This document shows, piece after piece, positions 51,704-64,000 of a stretch of 64,000 nt of DNA. The stretch's first letter is position 1, and each line of letters begins with the position of its first letter. This DNA comes from Hormiphora californensis (lineage: Eukaryota > Animalia > Ctenophora). The stretch lies in contig CM035357.1 in assembly GCA_020137815.1 (NCBI GenBank), positions 2,108,001 to 2,172,000 of the forward strand. Direction: 5' to 3'. Below the pieces are notes generated by a model. It was not told where the DNA came from. It did not search any database and saw nothing but the letters and a program-made list of their open reading frames with translations. A program made the position numbers and the translations under genes.

Positions 51704-54700
51704 CTCTCTCTCTTCTTTCTTTACAAAGCATCCCTGCCAATAAATTATGGTCTGTCGAGTTATAATACATCACTACATTTCGTAAGTTACTCCGCACTGG
51801 CAAGCGTAAATTCAATCACGCTATGCAGTGGGGGATTTATCATTTTAGTTCTTTCTATCCCTCTCTCAACTGCTCACTACTGACAAAGGTGCTACGCTAA
51901 CACAACTTAGTGTGGAGCTGAAAAGCTGGTACAAGCACAAACCTACAAGCATTTCCTATTTCTTGTCGGTCGCGTGGCCCAATGGCTAAGGCGCCTGCCT
52001 ACGGAGCAGGAGATTCCAGGTTCGAGCCCTGGCGTGATCGTATCTTTTTTGCTTCTGGGACCTGAGAAATCACTACCACATATTTTTAAAACACGTTTCG
52101 ATGATACGTATTTGTTGAGAAATTAGAGATAAAATGGCTTTGCAGTGTGCACAGATATAAGAAGTAGAAAAAGCGTCACGTTAAACCAAAAAATTACCGT
52201 GGCGCTCAGTCGTCTGTTAGCGCCCATTAGCGTCGGTTGAATGTTGGTTGAGTGTCAATTGAGTGTCAGTTTAGTGTTGGTTTAGTGTTGGTTTAGTGTT
52301 GGTTGAGTGTCGGTTGATTGTTGATTGAGTGTTAGAACGAATTTACAAAATGAGGTTACACCAGCAGTTTCCCAAAAAAAGATACGATCACGCCAGGGCT
52401 CGAACCTGGAATCTCCTGCTCCGTAGGCAGGCGCCTTAGCCATTGGGCCACGCGACCGACAAGAAATAGGAAATGCTTGTAGATTTGTGCTTGTACCAGC
52501 TATTCAGCTCCACACTAAGTTGTGCTAGCGTAGCACCTTTGTCAGTAGTGAGCAGTTGAGAGGGACAGAGGGAAATAAAAGTAAAGATGTTGGTGGTTTT
52601 GAGCAGACGAAAGAAGCGGAAAAAGCGGCGTGACATTTAACAACAGATCCGAATTTCTTCAATCATTTGCATTCATAACTCTTTCGTATACCGTCTTCTA
52701 GTGGAATGAATTTTTCCTAAACCATTGAAAAAAATACCGTGGTTTCGCGTTATCCGTAAGCGTCGGTTGAGTGTTCAAGACCCACTGTGTGCTATGACGA
52801 AGCAATTGAAGCTAGCGCTATAGCGGAATACGATTCCTGATAAACAAAATTGCAGAATGTTCTAAAAATAGGTCAATAAATACAACAGTTTCCAAAAAAG
52901 ATACGATCACGCCAGGGCTCGAACCTGGAATCTCCTGCTCCGTAGGCAGGCGCCTTAGCCATTGGGCCACGCGACCGACAAGAAATAGGAAATGCTTGTA
53001 GATTTGTGCTTGTACCAGCTTTTCGGTTCCATACTATACTACTATTGTGTTAGCCTAGTACCTTTGTTAGTAGTGACTTCGACACGAACGAAAGAAGTTA
53101 TACTAATTTTGTAAATCATTACACCTTTCAATATTCGTATAGTTCATACTAACAATCATTCACCAACTCTTCAATGGGTTGACTGATCAGGGTGGACCCG
53201 CTTCTTTATCACGAAACAGTCCAACAGTCTCTGTCCCCTCCATCTCTCCAGCACATCCTGCGGGGTAATGACCCTTCTCACATCCTTTGTCTCCACCAGA
53301 CCCAGAGAGATGAGACACCCTGTAACCTGGAGGAGTGCAACCGTAATCAAAGGAACTTGGTCGTTTGAGATGCCAGCCAGAACAGTGAAGATCATGGGAG
53401 CGAAGAATGCACCGCATCTCCCACCCGAGCTTACGATGCTGTAAATAAAAGCGAAATGCGAGGCAGGGAGGATCTCACCGGACCTCAGACAAACTCCCGC
53501 AAAGACAGTATCAACGAAGAGCTTGCCAACCAGAAGAGAAAAGTTTCCGACTGTCCAAGTTCCTAAGATCGGCGTTTGGATGAGGGCTAGGAACAGGAAA
53601 ACTGAGGCAATCCCAAATCCCAGACCCATCCCGTACCTTCGGCCAAGACTGGATGCCATTCCTGCCCAAAGAAGACTTGACAGTGCTTCAAGTGTTCCGC
53701 TAATGGCGTATGCTACATACGGGCTTGGGACAAGGTCGACCCAACCAAAGTTGAGACCATGAAAGCTCATAGAAACAATCATCCAAAGTCCTGTTAGACC
53801 CAGGGTTTCACAAATCATAACCGAGTTCCAACCCTGTTCATCACTTTTTAAACTCTCTCCCAACTTAGAATCATCCCTTTTTAGACTCTCTCCCAACATG
53901 GAATTGTCCTCATCTTTTGTTTTCAAGGTCACATTTTCAAGAAATTCCTTATCTTCTGAGCCGTTCATCTGAAACAATCTCACCAAAACGCCCTTTGCTT
54001 GTGTTTCATCCCCCTTTAACAGATAGAACTGGCAAGACTCTGGAGATGCAATGACTGGGATAAGGAGAATTAAGGATGAAAGTCCAATGACCAGCAAATA
54101 CACCTTCCAGGAATGCGATATTATCGCTATTATTGGATACAACACAGTTGATCCTGACATCATCAACATCATCATGTTATTGGACAGATTCCTCTTATCA
54201 GCCGGGAATGATTCCTGAAACCACACGTACAGGGATGTTTCAATTGAAAATAAGGAGGCCCCCTGGAGACACCGAACCGATAGGAGGAGGTAGTAATTGG
54301 GTGTTATGATACCGATTAAACTAGCGAATATCTGAATGATCGCCCAAAAAATGACATTTTTCCTCCTCCCTAGTTTGTCCATTAGTAAGCTCGTGAGGAG
54401 CAATCCCAGAACTGCACCAACAAAAAAGATCGATGAAACCAAGCTGGTTTTAAAGGGCGAACATACGATATCCAAATCGATCGAAAATGATGACTTTCCG
54501 TCCTTTGGTATCCAAATGAAGTCGATATCTGGCTTGAGGGTCGGTGCGGCACAAGGTAGAAGATCATTATTGGTCTCATTCAGTTCCAATTCTATGCACT
54601 GATCTGATATGCATTTCCATTCTTCCGGTAACCGACCTGAAAGTATGATAATATAGATGTGTGAAAGAAAATTATAGATCATTAAGTTAAGAATAGCTTG

Positions 54701-57700
54701 AAATCCATCGCCATGTAAAAGTTATTTTGATTGAATTTAAATTAGTTAATTTCCACAGAAATCACCTGCAAAAGTTGGGTAGTAAATGGCAATAGCATGT
54801 AAAGCAAACCAAAGTGCCAAGCATAGAGTCAGGGATGTTAGGCGCCATTTTCGCTCCTTGTACAGTCTTCGCAGCACGTCCTCCAGATCCACAGTAGTAG
54901 TAGGATTCAATTCCACAGTAGTAGGATTCAGTTCCACTATAGGATCCACCGAACTATCATTGATCGTATCAAGTTCCATATCTAACGGGGGGTGTACAGT
55001 CGGACCCCGATTTACCGGGATCCTCGGGGGAAGCCATTTTGCCCGGTAAATCGGGGTGCCCGGTATATCGGGGTAGAGCATATTTGACCCATAAATCCTA
55101 CTTTTGTCCAAAATTCTATACCAAGACACCTCTAACTGTATAGTATACATTTATTGATGACAATATGATCATTAAGCAATTAGAAATAGAAAATTTAAAA
55201 ATTCAAAAAAAATTGTAAAAAATTTTTCTAAGGTAAACCACCCCGACCGAGTCCGAATCGTGTTTCGAATCGGTGCATCTTATCGCATGTCCTGCCGCTA
55301 ATTAGACGGTTCGAAACGAACCGATACGTGATACCATGCCGAATCTGGGCACCCTAAGCGGGAGAGGAAGTATCAACGTTTCAAAATAACTTTTTCTCTG
55401 AAAATTTACGGGGAGCATCGATCAAAGCATTGACAATGATTCTGTAAAATTTTGCAAAAAAAAAGTGATAAAATTTTTCCAAGGTATACCAGCCACGTTC
55501 GAATCGTGTTTCGAATCGGTGCATCTTATCGCATGTCCTGCCGCTAATTAGACGGTTCGAAATGAACCGATACGTGATACCATGCCGAATCTGGGCACCC
55601 TAAGCGGGAGAGGAAGCATCAACGTTTCAAAATAACTTTTTCTCTGAAAATTTACGGGGAGCATCGATCAAAGCATTGACAATGATTCTGTAAAATTTTG
55701 CAAAAAAAAGTGATAAAATTTTTCCAAGGTATACCAGCCACGTTCGAATCGTGTTTCGAATCGGTGCATCTTATCACGTGTCCTGCCGCTAATTAGACGG
55801 TTCGAAACGAACCGATACGTGATCCCCATTAGACCAAGCGAATTGCAAATGCAAGTTTACCAACCGGCAAAACTTCGAAAATTTTCCAAAAAAAATCGGG
55901 GGAAAGAAATCCTCCCGGTAAATCGGGGTTCCGGTAAATCGGGGCCCGGTAAATCGGGGTCCGACTGTATTAGGTTTTACCAAACATAGCGGGAGACCAT
56001 AGACTCCTGAGCTGTATATCAGAAAATGGGAACATCTGTCGCTGTGAGGGACTGATTGTCCTGTAGCCTGCAAAACAGGCAGTTTCGTTACCAACACGGA
56101 ATAAGAGGGTCGATCAAGCTGCAACTGTAAATAATGCTAAATAAACATTGAATAAACTTGGTAACGAAATTACCCCTACCTAACGGACACGCTAAAACGT
56201 GCCTTACTACCGCGATGTCTTAGTTACGACTTACGAGGGGTAATTTCGTTACTAATGAATAAACATAGTTCCTCAAAGAAATCAACCGATAGATAACGAA
56301 GAGGCGTTTTGAGACTTTTGCATGGGATGAGAGTCAGCTTACACAACTGATAAGGATTATGCATAATAAATAATATAAATTTTACGAGGAGTCGGAATAG
56401 GGGTGCAGCCACCATTCTATAGAACACTGGGAATCATACTGGTATAACTGTATGGGTTAATTTTAGGTTGAAATAATAATATTTACATTTTGTCAGGTCG
56501 TTGTTTCTCGCACCTAGAAGCGGATCTACACAAGGAATACACGTTTTATTTAGTCAACCAAGCTTCAGTTCTCAACCTTATCAAAGAGGTAATTCTATAA
56601 TAGAGGTCACGTGTGTGGACCTCACCGAATCTTGGGGTTAACAGATACTGATATTGGTACTGCAATTGACAAAGCCCTGCACTCGCATGAAATGATGGTG
56701 CAAATGAAATGTTTGCTTGTTCCGTAGAGTTATACGGTTAGATACAGAATGATAAGGGGGGGTGTGAGATATCATGATATATGTTGATCAGCAGATAGTG
56801 AACCGACCGACACAAGTAAACAACCAATCAGAACTCGTTATTTAGGTCACGTGACTGGTTATCAGCAAATCAGGGACAAGTATTTCCTGATTCGGTCGGT
56901 TCCCGACATATATGAGGCATAAACTCTAGCCACTGGCGCGTTATTTCAGATAACTTTCTCCCAGCGCGCCGCTGGGAGAAGTTAGCTGGAGTTTATCCGC
57001 CGCTGGCGGATAAACTGGTTTAAATCACGACGACGATCCCGAGGCGGAGCCGAGGGAGAGGCGGAGGGGTTTAAACCAATAACGTGCCAGTGGTCAGAGT
57101 TTATGGGTTATATACCCTGCTTTAGTTGTTTTTTTCAAGTATTACACACCAACAAGAGAGAGAACACTAATCAAAACACACAAAGAGAACTGAGAAATAG
57201 TTAAAAACACCTCACAATTGAGTGTACACTGTTTGGTAACAGTTACTAAGCAGTTGCTAAGGAAAGAGAGTGAAAGAAATAGCCTGATAAGGGGCATGTC
57301 ACACATAACACAGAGGAAGAGATAGTGAGACAAAAGGGGAGATAAAGAGAGAGTAATTGACGGAATGTGTCCTTTCTTTCTCTCCAATGTAGTGTGTAAG
57401 TGTTGCACATAGTGTTCCTTCTGTATTTTAGTAAGAACTGATCATTTACACACACTTTGAATGTTACATACGAGTTCAAAATAAATAACCTGCCAGTGGG
57501 AAATAATCTGCCGCTGGACTGGCTGTTTATTGAGAGCGCGCTAGTGGGACTTCTCGCCACTGGCGGGTTATTTAAGTTAGCAGGGTATATATATATATAT
57601 ATACAGTCGGACCCCGATTTACCGGACCCCGATTTACCGGAACCCCGATTTACCGGGAGGATTTCTTCCCCCCGATTTTTTTGGAAAATTTTCGAAGTTT

Positions 57701-60700
57701 TGCCGGTTGGTAAACTTGCGTTTGCAATTCGCTAGGTCTAATGGGGATCACGTATCGGTTCGTTTCAAACCTTCTAATTAGCGGCAGGACACGTGATAAG
57801 ATGTACCGATTCGAAACACGATTCGAACGTGTCTGGTATACCTTTTTTGCAAAATTTTACAGAATGATTGTCAATGCTTTGATCGATGCTCCCCGTAAAT
57901 TTTCAGAGTAAAAGTTATTTTGAAATTTTGATACTTCCTCACCCCGCTTAGGGTGCCCAGATTCGGTATGGTATCACGTATATATCGGTTCGTTTCGAAC
58001 CGTCTAATTAGCGGCAGGACATGCGATAAGATGCACCGATTCGGTTGTTCGAATTGCCCCGGTAATCTTAATTTACCAGAATTTGGAATGAAAACGTGCG
58101 AATATTTAAATAATTTTTATACCATCTGAAAGCTGATATTATTAGCTTTCAGCTGGTTTTTTCAAATCGGAAATTGACCAACTTAAACCGGATCTAGAGC
58201 CTATTTAGTGGTAACGGGCAGGCTCGAACGAGCAGTTTTCTTCTGGAGATAGGATGACGTCATTATGATAGCTTAACTAGGTGAGAGACGGGCAGTACTA
58301 TGTTCGAATTGCCCCGGTTGTTCGAATTGCCCCGGTTTACCCTATGGGTCAAATATGCTCTACCCCGATATACCGGGCACCCCGATTTACCGGGCAAAAT
58401 GGCTTCCCCCGAGGATCCCGGTAAATCGGGGTCCGTCACAGACAAGGTTGAAACACCAAAATTTGGTACCCCGACTATTTTTTGAAGCTGAAAACGATGG
58501 AAGCATCTATTTATACCCACAATGCACAGATTTTGCTGTAGAGCAATTTTATCGTAATGGTCCTGCTGGTACTCCCCGATCATCCACTAAGTTTTGTGAG
58601 AAAACACTCTTATTTTAAACTATCCATACTAGATAGCTTTTAAACTTTAAGCGCATCTATTGTTCATTGACTCAATTTGACTAATATGGATAAAATGTGA
58701 CTTACAGCCGGCTTTACAAGTACACACTTCGCACCAGAAGTCCAAGGTATCACCATCTCTCATACTCAAAGTCCTACACGGAATGGGCCCTACAGTTTCA
58801 CCGATGATATCCATCCAGATATCATGCTTTCTACCACAGACCACCAGAGGCACAAAACAAGCCAGCAAGACCACAACTGCAACTCCCTTCATGATTTATT
58901 ATTACGTATTAGAGCAATAAGCTATTGGAATTAAAGAATGGATGGAAGGACTATTTTCATACCGAGCTGATGCTGAATGCATAAATCGATTTGGATAAAG
59001 TATTTTGTCTTATATGTTTCCGGGTATCCCGGAAATACCCGGATACCCGGAAATATAAAAATATCGATTTATTTATTTAATAGTATGACAAGGACAGATT
59101 TGAAACTTTTCTCTGTCACCTTATATGTATTTCTCTGTCACCCTATCTGTATTTCTCTGTCACCCTATCTGTACTTCTCTGTACAATGTAACTGTACACC
59201 CTGCAAAATGGCTTCCCCCGAGGATCCCGGTAAATCGGGGTCCGACTGTATTTATATATATATATATATATATATATTGTAACATTAATTAACAACCTGC
59301 TCTCCGCAGTACGAAGAAGACAAAGTGAACAAAGAAGTTCTAAATACCTGTCTGGCGAAGATTCGAGAGGAAACGACCTGCTGGGACCTCCAATCGTTCC
59401 TGATAAAACCTGTACAGCGGATAATGAAGTATCCACTGCTGTTACGAGACATGCTAAATAATACCCCCTCCCATTGGAGTGATAGGTAATTATTGTTCTA
59501 CCCGCACCCCAAATCACCCCTAACCCAAAAAGGAAAGGGTGATAGGTAATTTTGGGTTGAATGGGATCTTGAGTTGAATTGAGTACATGTGCTGGTGGTG
59601 CTATTCAGTGTCTACTAGACACTGTCTAGTGGGACACTCCTCCCCCGGCCGGGCTACACCTAGCCCAAAAAGGAAAGCCGAAAGGTACCCCCCATAGGGT
59701 ATTAGGAGGGAATAATGTGCCCCATCTCTCCCCCTAAAAAGGAAAGGTACCCCCATAGGGTATTTTTAGGAGGGATGTGAATAATATCATGATCCTCTGG
59801 GTAAGGGGGAGTGAGAAACGGCCGGAAATGAGAGATTTTAAAACAAAAGGGAGACAACTATTCTCCTTTCCTCCTTCTTTTCTGTCTCGTACTATTACTG
59901 TCTCACTGACTCCCCAACAACACTTCTTATTTTCTGCATTTTCTACAGCTTCACCAGCAGCTCTATAGCTTTGTGTTGTGTATTATTGTGGTATTAGCAA
60001 CCCGATACAGCTATTTGGTCGTTAGTACGATTTAAATGTCCCCTTATTTTCCCTTGTGGGTTGTTTTTTATTTGTTACTCGTGTACCTTTTATTAAAAAA
60101 CACCCTTTTCCTCCTATTACAGGCCTAATGTGATATCTGCGTTAGAGACAATTGACAGTATTATGGTGTACGCTAACGAGAGCAAAAGAAAAGACGAACT
60201 CTGTAAGACATTTTTTAGCTTTTATATATAATTTACTGGAATTTCAAATTTTACTTCTATTTTTAGCACCTCTCCACTGCAAAGTTATATGTCTTCAGTG
60301 AGACGATACAATACGGAGGTTGGTGAGGGATCTCTCCTGCCAAAGCTAACACTCCATGGTCTGAAGAAAAAGGGAAAACGTTTCACAACTACCCTAACAC
60401 ACTCTCTCCATATAACATCAGCGGTATAATATTTTACTTTTCTTTTTTAATTTTCTTCTCTTTTTTCTCTTTTTCTTTTTTTGACTTCTATAAACTGAAA
60501 TATCCTAAACTCTCGAGCGTTAATGCAAACTCTAAACTGAGGAGGAGGAGGGTTTCGGTGTTTCTACCGACAGTTTGGAACTCCTTGCCTTTGGACCTGA
60601 GATCTGTACACCCCATTGAGTTGTTCAAATCTAAGTTGAAGACCAGACTTTTCCTTGAAGCGTTCCCAGCAACTACTCCTGAAGACTCCCGGTGTGGCGT

Positions 60701-63700
60701 CTGAGTTGTTCACCGGACTCCCCATCTGTCAGTAGGCGGTCTTGGGCGTGCTCACCATTTTCACTTAGGGCTTTTTTGTCAGTATTGTTGAGCTGCTGAT
60801 AAGTGTGGGTTGTTGGCTTTGTCCCCTTTATTTAATAAAGTCTGTAATTTTTTCATCTTATCAGTTTTTTGAAAGTTATGTGACCAGTTATATTTTTAGT
60901 ATATCTTCAATTAGGAGTGAGTTTTTTCCAAAGTGTGTAAGAATATAAGGATCTTTTTTGCGTTAGGTATACCGCTCTGAAGCTCGTCAGTGTCAGATAC
61001 AGTTTGACTTGTCTGGCCCTGTCGTGTCTGTGGCGGTATACAAAACTTGATATTATTATTATTATTATTTCTTTCTTCTCTTCGGCCCCTGAACCTTTGT
61101 CTTTCAAAAGAAAGTGCATTTACATATACATTCTTCTTACAATATGTATTACTGAAGTGCTAAAGCGGCACACTGATGAATTTAGCATTTCACCACTTTT
61201 ACTTTTCTCCTTTCTCTCTCCTTCTCTTTCCTTCTTTCTCTCTCTCCTCCTCTTTTTATCCTTCTCTTTTTCTCTCCTTCTCTCCTTTTCCTTCTCTGTC
61301 TCCGTTTTTATTTCACTCTCCTTTCACCACCATGCTAAACTATCACACACAAATTCCTAAACCTAAAAAAATGTCACAACCAAACTGGCAAGGATAATTT
61401 CTATTCTGGAAACCTAACACTCCATCCAGTATTCCGATTCCCTTCAGGTCGCTACGGATTCTCAATTTACGGGACTCGCTGAGCAGTTTATAGCACTAGA
61501 TACCATTGTCAAAACCCTCCTTAGAGAATCCGCTTCTTTTACTGATCTACTAAAGGTAAGATAACTTCATAGTTATAATAGATTTATTGTTGCTGCGATT
61601 CGGACTTAGATGCAAAGCATATCGCTTCAAACGCTCCAAGGAGTCTAACTTCTATAGTTTTTTGACCTGAGATCATTATGTCTTGTTATAAAACTTGCAA
61701 CCATGTTATATCCCAGAAAGTATTGAACGAGATGGAGCACCTTTGCAAGTGTATTCACAATTTCTACGATAATTTGGAGGCCCAGAAAAACGTGTTCCTG
61801 TATCACGGATCAGCGCTGAAAATAACACAAAATGTTACACCAAGATTTGTAAGTGTGTGTGAAGACATGTTTCATTAATTTAAGTTTTTAATTTAAAACT
61901 CAAATAAACGGAACATAGAATCAAACTAACCTATACAATAATTTATGTAATAGTTACTTTTTACAAGAATTTGCCAAGGATCCCTAAAAGTAGTCACTTA
62001 TTATAACAGCGATTCAATAACCCAACATTTCACTTTAGATAAAAGATCTAGAGGAGGGTCCTCTGACGACACTGGCTGAGCTCCAATCTCTCTTCACTGC
62101 ACCCCAGTACTTTATCGAGAAGAGAAACAGTAAGAAGTTGGACTATGATAGTTTGGCTTTGCAGACATCTGAGACGGGCGTGGTGAGTTAATAGAGTCGG
62201 ACCCTGATTTACCAGGATGATTGGGATATCGGGGGAAGTTTATCCTCCCGGTAAATCGGGGTTTCGGTAAATTGGGGTCCGACTGTACATTGATTAATTC
62301 CATTATTTGTTTGAACACTGAACAGTTTCCTGGCAATAGTTTGTTTGCAATACTAACTTGTTATAGTTCAGAGTATCAATGTTAAATAAGAATCCCCTTT
62401 CCTTTCCTGAAACATCTATACCTAACACAGATAACATATATCTATCTAACATATCTGTTACAGATAACGGAGCCCTACAAGATCGCAAGAGGAGAGTTTG
62501 AGGCGCTTAATGAGCAACTAATGGAGGATCTACCAATACTAATACACGAGGGTGAGAATATTATTATTCGTTAATTATCCCTTAATTATTCCTTAATTAT
62601 TCCTTAATTATTATTTACTGCTTCACCTCTAACTACTGTTATGAGGGAATTATCTAGAGAGTTTATGTTACATTTAAATATCTACTAGATGAAAACACAG
62701 CTGGTCCTTACTTACACACGTGTATCCTGTTTCTAGACTGTCATCACTCCCATTTTCTAACATTTTAATATCATATCAAGGGGGGGGGGGTGTACAAAAT
62801 CCCAATAGCTTGGATTATAAGCTGGATAATAGCTATCTGAGCTCTATTATAGTTAATCCGAGATTATTCTGTATGCATATCTTCTTCTAACATATTTCTA
62901 ACATTATTTTCAGGCGCTGAAGTAGTTAAGAAGTCATCCTACTCCGTGTTAGCCCTATTCTGCCAATATTCCCAGTCTTGCCATGATGAACTCAGAGGTG
63001 CACTGGTAAGTAATGTATATCCAATGTGGCTCCCCCTAGCAGATACTACTGTATATCTCCTTCCCTGTTCTTCCACCCCGAACATCATCTTTCACCATCC
63101 TAACATGTCTATTCTTTGCCTTGCTCGACCTTGTTTCACCGCACCCCGTGCCGATATACTCTTTAGCATCTACAACTAACTCCCCCCTCCCCCACAAAAA
63201 TCAGGTAGAATGCTCACCCAGTATAGTAGGTTACGAGTTAATCCTGATCCCTGTTAACACCTGTTAACCCTTGTTAACCTTGATTCTTAACCGTTCCAAT
63301 AATAAACCGTTCGCTGAATTCAATTGCTGTTTTGTTTAGTGATTCGGATCATTTTACACTACCCATGATACTACTGACTGTGTCAGACTATAGTTTGTTC
63401 CCGACTTCCAACCCCCTTTTCAGGATAAAATGATTAACAAATGCCATTCTATTTCAGGATAAAATGTCGATAACCGATACCGCTGAAGTACTATCTTACC
63501 ACACTGAGCGAATGAAGGAATGCTGTGCTACCCTTCTCACGATATCATCCTTTGATAAAGATGTAACCCAAGCTATAGTACTGGGTGGTACAATCCAACG
63601 GTCATCTTCCAGCAAGTTTCACAGTGATTTGGTTTGCGAGCTGGAAACACCCGGTACATGTTCCGATGGTGGTGGGGATGTTGCAAGGTGGTTAGAGGCT

Positions 63701-64000
63701 ACCTCTCACACATCAGGTATCCAAGTGTTTCTAAATTTTAGTTGGAAAATTTCATATAATTGGTTTGTTTATCATTTTCACACATTTTTTCGCAGTAGAA
63801 ACGCCATCGGAGGACGAAACAGATCTGAAAATGAGCAGTGAAACACCTGATGAATTTGAGAATGAACCAGTTTTTGAGAAACCCGGTATAATAGAGGACG
63901 TTAAGAAGGGGACACACTGTATAGTGTTATATCAGTTCACTGCCACAGGGGACGGAATGTTAGATGTCCATCCGGATCAAATGGTGACTGTTCTCAGCGA
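47989..64000 (+). CDS. DNMBP: Dynamin-binding protein/Tuba-like (SH3 x2, Pro-rich, RhoGEF DH, BAR, SH3); 3' incomplete
   Basis: Exons ~47989-48078, 48179-48988, 49199-49443, 49807-49887, 50326-50490, 50602-50679, 50811-50944, 51203-51324, 56497-56588, 59308-59485, 60123-60202, 60299-60423, 61448-61555, 61716-61848, 62464-62551, 62914-63005, 63458-63716, ~63796-end; ELIETEENYV, LQSFLIKPVQRIMKYPLLL, FEALNEQLMEDLP. Confidence 0.85.
51968..52040 (+). tRNA. tRNA-Arg(ACG)
   Basis: 73-nt cloverleaf, anticodon arm cctgc-ctACGga-gcagg, GGTTCGAGCCC B box, T6 terminator at 52045. Confidence 0.95.
52385..52457 (-). tRNA. tRNA-Arg(ACG)
   Basis: Identical reverse-complement copy with terminator. Confidence 0.95.
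52904..52976 (-). tRNA. tRNA-Arg(ACG)
   Basis: Identical reverse-complement copy with terminator. Confidence 0.95.
53171..54979 (-). CDS. SLC22/organic cation transporter-like MFS protein nested antisense in a DNMBP intron (exons 54766-54979, 53171-54636)
   Basis: DKLGRR, ESFP, PES, LGRR, EILP, VETK motifs; Cys-containing loop after TM1; ~12 TM. Confidence 0.85.
54997..55967. mobile_element. pogo-like non-autonomous element with an internal ~244-bp tandem duplication
   Basis: TA|cagtcggaccccg...cggggtccgactg|TA. Confidence 0.9.
56800..56904 (+). mobile_element. ~105-bp MITE copy
   Basis: Same sequence as the 32449 copy. Confidence 0.85.
56912..57591 (-). mobile_element. Structured non-coding element with internal complement to both termini (copy B)
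   Basis: 56918-56945 pairs with 57078-57105; 57109-57121 pairs with 57579-57591; alignable in reverse to 2160-2850. Confidence 0.75.
57604..58436. mobile_element. pogo-like element, inverted relative to 54997-55967, interrupted by another repeat (~58045-58340)
   Basis: cagtcggaccccgatttaccgg left end; truncated cggggtccg right end. Confidence 0.8.
58507..58892 (-). CDS. Small secreted Cys-rich peptide (VWC/pacifastin-like spacing) nested in a DNMBP intron
   Basis: Signal peptide MKGVAVVVLLACFVPLVVCG; C..GDTLDFWCEVCTCKAG; GTAAG donor after 58706; probable exon 2 at 58507-58535 (SKSVHCGYK*). Confidence 0.6.
60530..60840 (+). mobile_element. 3' fragment of a CR1/L2-clade LINE
   Basis: Translates to VWNSLPLDLRSVHPIELFKSKLKTRLFLEAF, the typical C-terminal motif of CR1/L2 ORF2. 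Confidence 0.75.
62195..62285. mobile_element. Short pogo-like MITE remnant (similar remnants at ~13690-13767, 51003-51066, 59202-59248)
   Basis: agtcggaccc...ggggtccgactgta. Confidence 0.7.

Noticed and set aside
58263-58618. ORFs with PDLPG/PVYRG motifs (also the 5' part of 54746-55150)
   Set aside because: Translations of MITE terminal repeats; no transposase motif was seen anywhere in the window.
59451-59485. Apparent frameshift in the DH exon
   Set aside because: Re-reading gives MLNNTPSHWSDR in frame with the next exon.

Overview
Gene-dense, intron-rich animal genomic DNA, most likely from a ctenophore. I infer Pleurobrachia-like from recalled repeat families, the intronless LDLa-GPCR and the nested intronic genes; this is not verified. 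Genes in order: fragments of a + strand membrane-protein gene, an intronless LDLa-repeat class A GPCR sitting right after a 4-kb palindrome, DNAJC9, an MFS transporter, DPP7, two tandem hnRNP-like 2xRRM genes, CAPZB, a class II-like ARF, and a DNMBP/Tuba-like SH3-RhoGEF-BAR gene running off the window. Introns of the last gene host three tRNA-Arg(ACG) genes, an antisense SLC22 gene and a small secreted Cys-rich peptide gene. Non-coding DNA is full of nested non-autonomous transposons. Most unusual signals: (1) a ~690-bp non-coding element in two diverged copies whose internal sequence pairs with both of its own termini and whose stems co-vary; (2) a family of 18-84-bp insertions (core 23 bp) each flanked by an 8-bp target-site duplication (TSD), with full and collapsed forms; (3) recurrent local duplications of splice junctions. 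All exon coordinates were read by eye and may be off by a few bases.
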